Assembly: GCA_964016885.1 (NCBI GenBank)
Contig: OZ024745.1
Span: 101,618,001 to 101,682,000, forward strand
DNA: 64,000 nt
Direction: 5' to 3'
Source: Eledone cirrhosa
Lineage: Eukaryota
Shown here: positions 1 through 12,388 of the stretch, piece after piece
Layout of the letters: the number at the start of each line of letters is the position of its first letter
Numbering within the stretch: position 1 is the first letter of the stretch
The notes under the pieces: model-generated
Databases searched by the model: none
What the model was told of the DNA's origin: nothing
Seen by the model: only the letters and a program-made list of their open reading frames with translations
Program-made: the position numbers and the translations under genes

Positions 1-678
1 ATGACTTCAGCACTACCACTTTACAGAGTGGACTGGGTGATTTTTATCTTGGTACCTCATTACAACACTAGGGTGCTTTTTGTGTCCTTGGCCAGGTTGG
101 GAAAGCAGTGATGGGAGAGTAGGGGTGTAAAATGAGAGTGTGACATGCTGCTTGCTGAGACAGGGTGTCATCCCATTGTGGGACAGCGTCAGTTCATGGA
201 GGTGGTCTTGAAGAGGGTCAGATGCATTTAGCAGTATATGGTGGGGCATGTCCAGATTTCCTTGTTGCCATGGGTTGGACAATGAAGGTGATGTAGTGGG
301 AAGAGGTCAGAGCAGAATACAGACTGGGTGGAGGGTACACTTCTTTTCATGCTGGCATGGGTTAGACAAGGAAGTAGGATGAAGGATATGAGAGGAAGGA
401 GACTAAGGAGGAATCTCAGTGGTGAGGGGGGATCAAGGTTGGGAAAGTGGATGTTGACAGGCAGGGAATTTTGTTTTACCTCTCTCTACTGTCCCCATGC
501 TTATTTAATCCTACCCACATGGGAAGGTGTGTCTTCTGTCATATGGCATATCGGCAGTCAAATTGATCTTGTATCATCTCCTTTGTGAGTTTTCAGCTGT
601 ATTAGGTTAGCCTTCACCACATCAACCCAACTTTTCCTAAATTTTTCCTCTTCCACATGCTTTAACTCCCACTGTTGA

Positions 679-845
679 TTAACCCTTTAGCATTTCCATT
701 ATTCTATATTTACTATTGTATTTTCATGGTAAAGGCTTTATCTTACATAATTACCTCACATAATATCGAATCTATAAGATTTTAATATTATTTATTTTGA
801 GAACAATACCTTAATATTGGTATGAGTGGTCAGTTACAGCCAGAT
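679..845 (-). mobile_element. piggyBac-type MITE end (TTAA-CCCTTTAGCATTT family), partial copy
   Basis: Starts ttaaccctttagcattt and is the reverse complement of the right two-thirds of the full copy at 59107-59335. Confidence 0.75.
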
Positions 846-2929
846 TGATCAGTAGCTGTTGCAGAGGTGTCCCTGCTTCATCGAACGGCATGTCGTCCTT
901 TATCCTCTCGAGCGCAAGCAGCAGCAGTCGGGGCAACATCTTTCTGTCGAAGTTCACACCAACTGTCATCCTCCTCTGCTCTTGCAGCTGCTATCTGCAC
1001 AGCATTCTGTGAGAGCCTGATGGCAGTCACATTTACATCTTCGGTGAGACGTCTTCGCTTAGACCTACTTGCATCATTAGATAATCGACCAATGAAAGTT
1101 ATTTTCTTGGGGGCATTGTTTTTAGAAAATTAACCAGAGAGAACAATAAATAGTGGACAAATAATGTTTAAGTAAGCAAATCTAAATATAGATATAAATT
1201 GTGAAAAAATGTGATAAATCTATGTGGTCTGAGAAAGTGGGTATGTTTTGCAAGATTTTGTGTACCAGTCAAATTTCAGGTTTTAAGTTAGGGGCAACGC
1301 AGCGTACGGACTACCTGTGATAAAGGAAATTAAATAGTGTGGCTACAGTGGTAGGTATATAAGTGTCAGTATGTTTGTTCAGTTCGAACATAGCATTAAG
1401 TAAGTACTAACTATTGAAAGGATACAGGCAAAAATGGCCGAAAAATCACATGATAAACTGGAACCTTATGACTATAAACACATTAACTAAACCTCCTTTA
1501 AGGTGACAAATGTTGAAGAAGCATGCATTTCAGAAACATGGGGTAGCTTATGAGAGTACGAATGTAAAAAAACCTACCACTTGTCAAAAGCCAAAAAAGA
1601 AGTGTAATCCTAGGTCGGACTTGACCAATATAAATAGGAGTGATTTCGCTCAATGAACAACCCTCGAGTTGTCTGATTGGTTAGATAATACAAATAAGTG
1701 TGATGAAATCTACTGAACCATTTTGCACTTAATTGAGGTGCAATTAAACGTGGGAGACAACCGGGTGCAAAAGCTAATCAATCATTTGCACAGCTTAGGC
1801 ATGAGTGTGAAATAGCACAATCCACATACAGTAGGCATTGAAATTTACACCTGGGTTAAATCGCGCTTTCTTGGTTAGGAATGTGAAATGACGCCAAAGT
1901 TCAAGGAAAAAAAATTAACTCCCCATTCCGCTCTTAATTGTGGTGCAATTACACGGGGGAGACAACGGGGTGCAAAATTAAATTCAATCATCCTAAAGTT
2001 AACTAAACAAACTAAAGTTAAGTCAGGGGGATTTAAAAATTTGATTCTCCATTTGTAGGACATGAGTAACCGATGCATCAACTTTCGTTTAAATTGACTT
2101 TTATTTCCAGAAGTGATAACGAATGTGTGGTGCTTTATCTTATGGCAGGCAATAACCATTTTGTTAAATTTTGTAAGAATCAAGTATAAACTCCCGAGGT
2201 TATGGTGCTTTTTTATTGTGGTAGTTTGAACTTTTATAGGTTAATGAATTGGGCTCATTGTCCCCAAGGGGGTCTTCTTGCTGAATTGAAATGAAAGTAA
2301 ATATGCCTCACTGTATCTTCCACAGTAGTACATGAATAACAAGTCAAAATTTTATTGGACTACCAATTATCGAAGCTATGACCCTTTGCTGCATTACAAG
2401 AGCCAAATTCAATAAATGACTCGCCGGGGATTACTGCCTCCTGGGGGTCCCCTTGCTTGTTCCGGATATAGACAGTGTCTTCAACATCATCTTTAGGCAA
2501 TGGGCAACCAATGTGTCTGGTAAAGTTAAAATCGAACGTAAACTTCAAAAGTTATCAGGTACTAATACAGTGTTAATGTGAACTTCAATAGATAAGTTGA
2601 AGGGGCTTACTGCCCCGAGTCCTCTTGATAAGTTCAAGTAAACGTTCATGTGTTCACCTTCCTTTATAAACCATGGGTAACCAATACGTATTGCTTCGTG
2701 AAAACCAAACACCAACTCAAGCAGTTATGACGTTTTGTTGCATTGATGATATCAACCTCAACATTCATCAAGGAGTCCCCTACCTGAATTTCTGTACAAG
2801 TGCATGCCTGCAAATTTATGTGTAGGCCATAAGCAAACAAAAGATTAATGTTGGTGAGGATGGGAGGTAAACTGCAGGAATTATGGGGCCTTTATGCAGT
2901 AGTACTGCTGACTCCATGCAAGAGGCTTA

Positions 2930-3107
2930 AGGGGGTTATCTGCCCCCGGGGGGCCCCACAATCGATGTACGGAAAAATAAAATAGCCTACGACGCGTAAT
3001 AGGACTTCAGAAACCTATGTATGACATTTGGTACAAATCGGTTGTAAAATGTAGAAATGCATGCGGTTACACAGACAGACGGACATTTTCTGTTTTATAT
3101 ATATAGA
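2930..3107 (-). mobile_element. 5' end of a non-autonomous Helitron-like element
   Basis: Minus strand reads A|TCTATATATATAAAACAGAAAATGTCCGTCTGTCTGTG...AACCGATTTGTACCAAAT, the same start style as the Helitron at 5792; 3' end not located. Confidence 0.6.
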
Positions 3108-3263
3108 TGAGATGCTCAGCGTTTAATTTTACTATTGATTAACAATGGAAAATATTTAAAAACAAAAAGCTAGAGAAAAAATATATCAATTATGGAAGAA
3201 CAGTATCTTGGTTATGTTTCACTTGTTTGACAGTGTGCAAATGAAATGATAAAATTAAATGAA

Positions 3264-3453
3264 ATAATTGTTTCTACTTTAGGCACAAGGCCAGCAATTA
3301 TCCAGTGCATTACTGGTACTTTATTTTATCGACCCCGTAAGGATGAAAGGCAAAGTCAACCTCGGCGGGATTTGAACTCAGATCGTAAAGGGACGTAACT
3401 ATGCTGGAAAGCATGGCGTCCGACCCTCTACCGATACTGCCAATTCACCGCCC
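3264..3453 (-). mobile_element. tRNA-derived SINE (Meta-domain-like family), full length
   Basis: A box TGGCAGTATCGGTAG, B box GAGTTCAAATCC, core GACTTTGCCTTTCATCCTT..GGGGTCGATAAAATAAAGTACCAG; 17-nt TSD aaattaaatgaaataat on both sides. Confidence 0.9.
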
Positions 3454-3739
3454 TAAATTAAATGAAATAATGATAGTTTTTTCAAAAAGGAATGAAGAAT
3501 GAGATTTGGCTTTATTGCATAACAGAGATTAAATTTTCATTGTGAATAAATTTGTTTCTGAGATTTTATGTTTCATGGAGCAAAAGAAATGCTGTTATTC
3601 ATTTATTTTCAATGCTGATAAGATAAAGTTGTGAATTGGCAGAGTGGTTAGTGTGTCGGATTAAATTCTTTGCAGTATTTTTTCCATTTCTCTATGCTTT
3701 GAGGTCAACTTTGCCTTTCATCATTTTCAGGTTGATAAA

Positions 3740-4180
3740 TCTATATATAAATTTGTGCGACTTCTGTCCATCCACCCTTCTGTCACATACTAGAGATGAC
3801 TGAGGAAGGAAGATGTGATGACGTCATACACAAGGGATGATTGAGAAAGGAAGGGGTGATGATATCACACACTAGAGATGACTGAGGAAGGAAGATGTGA
3901 TGACGTCTCACACTAGTGATGACTGAGGAAGGAAAGGGTGATGATGTCACACACTAGCAATGATTGAGGAAGGAAGGGATGATGACATCACGTACTAGAG
4001 ATGACTGAAGAAGGAAGGCTGAGGACAAACTGCAGAAAACAGCATCTAACATTCACTACACTTGTGTGTGAGTGTATGTGTGTGTTTGTGTGAATGTATT
4101 TGTGTGTTTGTGTGAATGTATGTCTGTGAGTGTATATTTGTGTAAGTGTATCTGTGTTTATAATATACACATACACTCTT
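3740..4180 (+). mobile_element. Non-autonomous Helitron-like element carrying a 41-bp minisatellite and a (TG)n tract
   Basis: A|TCTATATATAAATTTGTGCGACTTC start, shared with a minus-strand copy beginning at 35681. Confidence 0.55.
3782..4018. repeat. 41-bp minisatellite, about 6 copies
   Basis: Unit actagagatgactgaggaaggaagatgtgatgacgtcacac; clearest copies start at 3789, 3871, 3912, ~3953 and 3994. Confidence 0.9.
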
Positions 4181-5387
4181 CAGCATGTTGAAAACAAATC
4201 TAGTAAATTATAAGTCCAGGGTGGTAGATTTGCAGAATTTTTAGATCTTCCTCCCATCAAACTGATTCTATCTTTTTTTTCCAGACTGCATGCTAAACGT
4301 TTTTTACAATTCCTTTCTCCCCAATTCTTCAACTCTCTGTAATTATCTCCTGACTTATTTAATATAACATGAAACTGTTCCTGGACTACCAATGGCTTGT
4401 GATAGACTTGGCTCAACTCAACTCATTAGACATAGCTCTTCACCCAACAATAAATAAAAGCAAACTGGGGAATCATCATCGTCATCATTTTATGTCTACT
4501 TTTCATGCTTTCTTAGGTTTGGACTGGTTGTCAAGGTTTGGACTGGTTGTCAAGGTTTGAGACTAGGTTGGAGAACCTTATCTTGCTTGTACATTCCATT
4601 TTTAGCATGGTGTCTATAATTGTATGCCCTTCCTAATGTAAACCAATTTATAGAGTATACTGAATGCTTTTTTTTTCATGACACCATCACTAGTGACCTA
4701 TATTTTCAATATGACTAAAGGGCTCCTCTCAACCATACATTATCTTGGTTCACTTTACAGAGTGTACTAGGGTCATTTTCTTGTAGAACCAGCCATGGTG
4801 ACTTTGCTTTAGTACTTACAAGACAAAAGGCTACTCACTACCCAATATTGTTGATAGGAGAAACAGAGTGAATTGGTTTGAGATGGTTGCAGAGAAGAGA
4901 AAAAAGAGTCAGGAATAGGAGAGAAACAGAACAGTGTAGAATGGGGAAGAGAGAAGTAATGGTGGGTGGTGGGAGAGAGTGATGTATGTTATTGAGGAGA
5001 GGGAGTGAAGGCTGGGAGCAGAGATAGAGTGGCGGTAGGATGTATGTGTTTTAAATAGAGCTGATGCAATATCTCATTCATAGCTGCTATGTTGGAAGTG
5101 TGGCCAACAATAAATAAAAAGGAACATGGTTCATTATTTACATCACCATATCAGCAAATAATGGAAAATATGTGCTAAATCATCCAGGAAAATAAAGAAA
5201 ATTTGGGTTATTTTAATTGTTTATTCCAAAGAGAAAAGTGAATTCTCTTTTTTTTTTTTTGCTCCTCACTCCAACTTCCCAGGTTAAATGTTTACATTTG
5301 TACTTATTATAAGTGGTACACTTGGTTACATTGCTAAATATTTAAGCAGTACTCTTGGAAAACTAAAGGTTTTTCTGCTCAGAAAAA

Positions 5388-5604
5388 AGAGCATTTAAAC
5401 CGGCTGTATCAGGCCAGAATTCTCTCACATCTTTCTGTTGAAACCGGTCGTAACTGGCCCTTCATACTGACGTTAAGGTATTATTCTCAAAATAAATAAT
5501 ATCAAAATCTTGTAGATTTAATATTGAGATAGTTATGTAAGGAAAAGCCTTTACCATGAAAATATAATAGTATATATAGAGTAATGTAAATGCTAAAGGG
5601 TTAA
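5388..5604 (+). mobile_element. piggyBac-type MITE
   Basis: agcatttaaaccggctgtatc...taaatgctaaaggg|ttaa; homologous to the 59107-59335 copy. Confidence 0.85.
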
Positions 5605-5791
5605 TCTGCGTTTTGGAAATTCAACCTACAAGAACAAGACTTACTCTTGAGTTATCTAAATTCCAATGTTGGAGTTTTGTTTCTTATTTATAGGAAACTT
5701 ACAAAATATGAACCTTTCATTATCACATTTCTAATGAAAATCACTGCCTATGATTTTTGAATAACTTTGAATAATGAAACATTTGGAGAAA

Positions 5792-8700
5792 TCTATATAT
5801 ATAAAACTGAGGTTGTCTGTCTGTCTACTAAAACGGTCGACACACATCTCCTCTTAAACCGTATGTTCAAATTTAGGTGAAATTTCTACACTTATAGATG
5901 AAGGTCTGGCGGAGACATCGGTCAAAAAAATGTTCAAATCGACCCGCGCCAAGTGCAAAAATCGAATTTTGTAATGTATTGATTTTTCAGTTCAAATGTA
6001 TAAATAGAGATGAGAGACGAGTTATTTCCCTTTTATGGCGTCATTTGTTTATTTATTTACGTTACGAACAAACTATGCGTACAAAAATACACGAACAGTT
6101 TTCGGGCCAGCAAAATTTTAACCTGCAAAATTCATGAGTTCGAAATTTCAACATTAAGCTTCCATTTTGCTTCATTTCCATTAAAAAGTCTTTTTAAACA
6201 ATATTTCAGTGCATCAGCATCGCCATCACCCGAGGCAACACTGCGAGTGTGCTGGCTTGCCTCAAAATTAGAGAGGTTGCCCAGTACTCGCGACGTTGCT
6301 GTCTTTTGCTCTGGTGTTGACTCTGTTGTTCACCCCTTCCTTTACATTTTCTTTAATATTGTAGCATTGAAGGAATATATCTTTCATTGTATCATCCTTT
6401 GTAGTGTTACCGAGGCATTTGTAATGTTATTTATGTATATATCTATATATTAATTTCAACAATGTCATTATTCCGTGTGTCATAATTCTCGATTATCATT
6501 GGTTCATAGGTTTCAAGCAACTCCGCCCACCTCAACGACGACGTGTGCGTGTGTATGTACGTGCACGTATGTTTGTGTGTGGGTGTGCAGCGTTCCACAG
6601 AAAGTAAAAACTATCAACGTGTGTAAGTTTGCGTGCGTGTATGTGTGTGGCGTTCCACAATCGCCACGCAGTTTATCTGTCTGTGTGCCTGTCTGTCAGT
6701 CTAACATACACAGAGTTGTGAAGGGAGTAAATAGGGACCTTTTTTTACATTGACTGACATCTTTTATATTTATAATTGTGTCATTTTTTGACAATTGCTC
6801 GAAATGAATACTGATAATGAAAGCAATTCGACTTTATCAAACAGTGAACTACAGCGGCGACTGCATGCAGCCAGCAATGAAGAAAAACGGGCCAAACAGC
6901 ACCATCGGAACGCCGAACTTCAGAGGCAAAGACATGCCGCCATGAATGAAGAGGAGCTGGCTGAACAGCGCCAACGAAATACTGGAGCCAAGCAGGGACA
7001 GCGTGCTACGATGGTTGAAGACGAACTGGCTCAGCATCATCAGCAGATGGCCAGAAATCAGCAGCAACGGCGTACTGCGATCGATGAAGAGGAGCTGGCT
7101 GAACAGCACCAGCGCAATACAGAAGTTCAGAGAATGTGTCCACAAAGTGCTCCTCATTCCAGTAAAGAGGCGAGAAGACGAACGGATGATATTAAAAATG
7201 GATCATGCAACTGTGTCATTTTCAGATTGGTGGACAAGCAGAGTGTCCACATTGTGGAGCATTGCTTTGGAGGCACGAAAAGATGTGGACCACAATGTGC
7301 TGTATAAAGGAACAGTTCAACTAGAACCCTTGCGAATGCCGGATGATGAGGAGTCACCGGAGTTTAAAATACTAAGTATGTGGGGTGATCAAGGAGACCG
7401 AGGTAGATTACTGCGCAAATATTCACGGCAAATTAACAATTCATTAGCTTCAGCATCGCAGAGAGTTAGTGAGATGTTTGAGAGTGGAGCATGGCAACCG
7501 AATGAAGTCATTCGAGGCCGTTTGTATCATTGTATCGGTAATTTAGAAATTACTCCAGGAGAGAGGCCTTGATTCGCTCAAATTTACATTAACGATCCAG
7601 ATTATAGTGAATCAGAGGAGGATATCAGGATCGGTTGGATGAAGTTGCCGGGATATATAACTGAACTTGAACGGCAAAGGTTAAGTGATTTAATCCGTGA
7701 TTTGCTATCATTGCTTACACAGTGTAATCTTTATGTTATGAATTTCATGTTGGTGGCTGAACTGCAAAATGTTTAGCAGCAAACATTGGTGATTAAGGCT
7801 GACGCAGTGCCAAGGAATCAACACGAATGGAGATATAATGCCCCTGAAGGATTTTGTGAAGTTGCTGTGTTGATGGACGATATCATCTTCAATCGCAGAG
7901 ATGGTGGTCTCAAGACTATCAATGAGTCAAATAGGGCATACAATCTATTGCATTATGTTCTTTTATTCTCAAAAGGTGAAAATGGATGGAACATGTCTGT
8001 TCATTTAGATGATCATTAGAATCAGCATCAACAGGGAGGCGGCAATAGACAGAATAATTCGATTCGCGACTTTTACGCGTTCCATTTGAACGAGAGGAAT
8101 CAACAGAGAAATGCGCTATTTCAAGCCACCAGATTGTTCCAGGAATACTGTTGTATGGCATTCGCAAAGATCGAAAATCAAAGGCTAAATTATATAGATA
8201 CACATCAGCAACATATCAGAGCTGAATTGTATAATAATATACAGGATGCGATAACATCCGATGATGCCAATTACAAGCAAATTGGTCGATGCATCATTTT
8301 GCCATCGTCGTTCATCGGCGGCCCGAGATATATGAATATTCGCTATCAGGATGCAATGGCTATTGTCAGAAAGTTTGGAAAGCCAGATTTGTTTATAACG
8401 GTTACATGCAATCCTGAATGGACTGATATTAAGGATGCACTTTTGCCAGGACAACAGCCAAAGGACCGTCCTGATATTGTGGCAAGAGTATTCAAAGGAT
8501 ATCTGAAAAAGATGATGGATGATGTGGAAAAAGAGGGAATCTTTGGAGGTATAGTTGCTTTTACATACATAATTGAATTCCAAAAAAGAGGATTGCCACA
8601 TGCACATTTGCTGATAATTTTACATAGAGATTGCAAATTGAGATGTGCTGAGGATGTCGACAGCATTGTGTGTGCTGAACTGCCGGAGAATGAGGCACTA

Positions 8701-10920
8701 CGCAACTTGGTGGCAAAGTCAATGGTGCACAACCAATGCGGAGTGGCAAGTTGGAAAGCGCCTTGCATGAAAAATGGCCAATGCAGTAAGCACTTTCCGA
8801 AATCTTTTGTCACGAACACCTCCTGGAACGATGGGGATGCTCATCCCTCATACAGAAGATGGCAAATGGTCTGTTTTCAGGACACTAGAAGAGGTGTCGA
8901 AAGGATTGCTAATGCACCACCTCCTAAGACGGAATTGACTGAGTGGTTCAAGCATATGCTTTGAACCCGTATCAAAGGCAACTCTACTGCGATTTCCCTT
9001 CCCACTATACGTGGGATAAAAAGGGAAAGAAATGGAATGATAGAAAACAAAAGTTGAGGTTCATGACTATTGGACGGGTTTGTAATGTCCATCTAGCATC
9101 TGGTGATGTGTTTTATCTCCGAATTCTGTTGCATAATGATTTTTCGAGAGGTAAACAGAGCTTTGCTGATTTGAAAACAATCAATGGCGTGGAATACGAA
9201 ACATACCAGGCTGTGTGTCAGCATCTGGGACTCCTTCAGGATGACGCTGAATGGAATAACGCCATGGAAGCTGCAGGAACAACACAGATGCCAGCTCAAA
9301 TAAGGCAGTTGTTTGTCACGATTCTAGGATTCTGCAATCCTGCCGATCCAAGAGAGTTATTTGAACGCCATTGGGGAATTATGGCTGATGATTTTAGGCA
9401 TCATCTTCAGGTCGATGATGAAAATTTGATGAAAGCTATTGTTTTGCTCAATATTGAGCAACTGTTTGAAGTTCATTTCAAATGTTTAACAGATTTCAAT
9501 TTGCCAATTCCTGATGAAGAAATGCGGCAATGTGTCTTAGCATTGAACATGAGATTGCAGCTTAGACGGTTGCCACTCAATCGGAGAAATATCAATCATA
9601 AAATGGGTCTTTGCAATGGTACCAGATTGATTGTTGAGAGATTGATTAACGGAAGAGTTTTAGAAGCTAAACTCCCAGGCAGAGAGGAATTGGTTCTCAT
9701 TCCGAGGATCATGCTGAGACCAAGTGAAGATCTGCTGCCATTCATTTGGCAAAGAAGACAGTTTCCCGTCAATTTGGCCTTCTCCATGACTGTCAACAAG
9801 GCACAGGGACAGACTTTCAAGCGAGTCAGTGTCTACTTGAATGATCCAGAATTCAGCCATGGGCAACTGTATGTTGCTGCATCTCGAGTGTGCGATCCTG
9901 ATGGTATAACATTTGCAATTGATACCACTAACAGAGGAACAACCCTGAATATTGTCTATAATGAAGCTTTGAGCTGATGTATGCTATCAATAAGCGACGT
10001 AAATGATTCGGACATTGGTGTCCTTTGATCAGTATTGTGAGATTTGACAGAGTTATCATTTATGTTCAATATCATTTAATGTCGTTATGAGCAATAAAAA
10101 CAAACAAGTATTGGTAAAAATTGCTTTCACTGCTATGTTGCACAATAAATACCAACAAGTATTGGTAGAAATTGCCTTCAAATTTATCGCTTCTAATTGC
10201 GGTGGTAATAAAACCTCATCATATGCTGAGTCTGGCAAAAAGGTTGGATCCTATGGCCGGCCAGGGCTAGAGTAATATTGAAAAACGATTCTATTTTCGA
10301 AGTAGAAGGATCCGCCATTTGGAGTTCAAACCAGGCCACCTCCCCGAGTTGAATTCAGGGCAATATTGACTGTCTATTACTCAGTGGCTAAGAGCCTGGA
10401 AATTACTGAATACATTTATGTGTCATATAATTTATTGTTTTATGATTATAGCTGACCACTTATAGATAAGCATGTTATCTATATCCATATTAATTTGACA
10501 TTTGTATAAACCATTTCAAGTAAATAAGGACCTTTTTTACGTTGACGGACATCTTTTATATTAATTATCTATATCTACATATAATATAAAAGATTGGAAC
10601 TTCCATCATCCTTTTGAGAAACGTGGAACAACCACGTCTATGCAATGATACACGTTTTACAGTCAGGCAGAAGAAGAACCATCTCCTAGAGGTCACTATT
10701 CTAGGTGGGAGCACCTAGAATTGTTCATATACTATGCACAGACGGTACAACGAAAGAATCTGGTATATCTGGGAGATTTTTTTTTACTGTTTTTTATATT
10801 GCACAGACACCTCGGTCTCGCCTCATACTGTAACCAGACAAACATCCAATACAGTCATTTTCTCTTTTACCTGTCTTCTTATCATCTGTTTACCCGGGCG
10901 AAGCTGGGTACGTCAGCTAG
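5792..10920 (+). mobile_element. Helitron, termini intact, internally deleted
   Basis: 5' A|TCTATATATATAAAAC; 3' hairpin TACCCGG-GCGAAG-CTGGGTA then CGTCAGCTAG|T (A/T target, no TSD); RepHel remnants inside. Confidence 0.95.
6795..9977 (+). pseudogene. Helitron RepHel (HUH Rep plus PIF1-like helicase), frameshifted and deleted
   Basis: Rep motifs KPDLFITVTCNPEW and EFQKRGLPHAHLLI; helicase C-terminal motifs GLCNGTRLIV, RRQFPVNLAFSMTVNKAQGQT and FSHGQLYVAASRV; stops and frameshifts between ORF pieces; YxxKY and Walker A not seen. Confidence 0.93.
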
Positions 10921-11459
10921 TTTAAAATATATTTGTTATGTTATTCTACTGTAAATTTATTTATATGCTCTGTTTATATTTTCATTCTCACTACCCTAAA
11001 AAATCTATGAAACTACATACATGTTGCAACTCTCTCCCCTCACTATATATATCACACACATATACATATACATCTAAAGAGAGAAAGGGAGATGTAGAGA
11101 GAGAGAGTGAGATAGGTCATTATACAGAGAGAGGTACAAGATAATCAGATAGAAAGACAGAGAGAATGGCGACAAATGCTGGTTCACACACACACACACA
11201 CAAACTCATATATATATATATATAAAGACAGAGAGATCGAGATCTGCGCGTTCTTATTGTTCTCCATTCTGTAGAGGAAGAGAGAGAGGGTGGGGGTTTG
11301 AGTGAGAGAGAGAAAGAGAGAGAGAGAGAGGGTATGAGAAAAAAGGGAAAGGGGTTGAGAAAGAAAGAAAGAAAGTTTAAGCAAAGAATCGCTGCTTTCA
11401 ACATTAACAGGATCTTCTTAAACTAATAAATTCAATCTGTGAACGCAGAATTAAATATT

Positions 11460-11610
11460 TCGAGAAACGTTGCAACCGAAGGAAAACAGGAAGACGATAT
11501 TTTGGTTTGTGAAGACGTTCCCTGGTAATGAACGGAAAAAAAGCGAGGATAATACGTTGCTATGTGGATCGAGAAGAACAATTTCATGCAAAGACAAGAC
11601 CAAGTTTATG
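11460..11610 (+). promoter_or_regulatory. KATNIP: Putative KATNIP promoter/first exon with RFX X-box-like sites, ending at ATG|GT
   Basis: CpG-richer patch; GTTCCCTGGTAAT (11517-11529) and GTTGCTATG (11556-11564); ATG 11608-11610 followed by donor gtataa, phase 0, matching the next exon. Confidence 0.4.
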
Positions 11611-11726
11611 GTATAAATGGAGTCATTAGACTAATATTCTATTTAAAATAACCGAATGATTTCCAGCCCCGGAGTTTAAGAATTATGAAAATAAAATTGT
11701 AAACGAAAATGACAGAGGTTATTAAA

Positions 11727-11840
11727 ATAGTTGTTTCTACTTTTGGCACAAGGCCAGCAAAGACCCAGTACATTACTGGTACTTTATTTTATCGACCCCG
11801 TAAGGATGAAAGGCAAAGTTAACCTCGACGGGATTTTAAC
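11727..11840 (-). mobile_element. Meta-like SINE, 5'-truncated
   Basis: 3' half of the SINE at 3264-3453. Confidence 0.85.
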
Positions 11841-11949
11841 TTTGCCTTAAAATAGTAAAAGTAAATAGTGAAGATTTAGGCCAGTACATACGTATGTGCC
11901 AACGGACATACATATACATACACACACACAAATACGCATGCACGCACGC

Positions 11950-12388
11950 GTGCGTAAACCTTATGTATTTCTACAGTATTTTCACCAAACTTAAGACATA
12001 GGTTACTTATGTACTCCAGATGGTCATGGGCACTTTCATTTTTCCAGATATTGATTATAGGGCTTCCCAGCAGATAACCCCCTTTAACCACGTCCTTCGA
12101 GTTGACTGAAGCACTGCAGTGCAATGCAACAAAACATCATAACTTCTGGAGTTCGCAACCGATTTTCACAAAACTTGACACATGGGCTATGTTTGTTCTA
12201 CAGATGAATGTAAACTCTCAGAATTGACACATATTAAGTAGGGGACCCCTGGGGGCAGGAACCTCCTTTTGGAAAAAGCCGATGATTTTGTAAAAGTATA
12301 GTTTTCCAAGCAGCACTGAAGTATTGACATAAATGGTATACATAACTGGTATTTAATACCCGAGCAACGCCGGGTACCTCTGCTACTT
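11950..12388 (+). mobile_element. Non-autonomous Helitron 3' portion
   Basis: AACCGATTTTCACAAAACTT internal motif; 3' hairpin TACCCGAGCAACGCCGGGTA followed by cctctgCTAC (degenerate CTAG); left boundary approximate. Confidence 0.6.

Noticed and set aside
13-588. Short ORFs at the window start
   Set aside because: No recognisable motifs; purine-rich decayed repeat sequence, possibly a PLE relic, not supportable
3782-4018. Regular 41-bp repeats as a CRISPR array
   Set aside because: Head-to-tail units with no unique spacers, eukaryotic context, no cas genes
4180-4416. 78-aa minus-strand ORF as an exon of a divergent neighbouring gene
   Set aside because: No convincing splice sites or recognisable homology
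11528-11629. ORF MNGKKARIIR... as the KATNIP start
   Set aside because: At the 11611 donor it is phase 2, incompatible with the phase-0 next exon; at most a uORF
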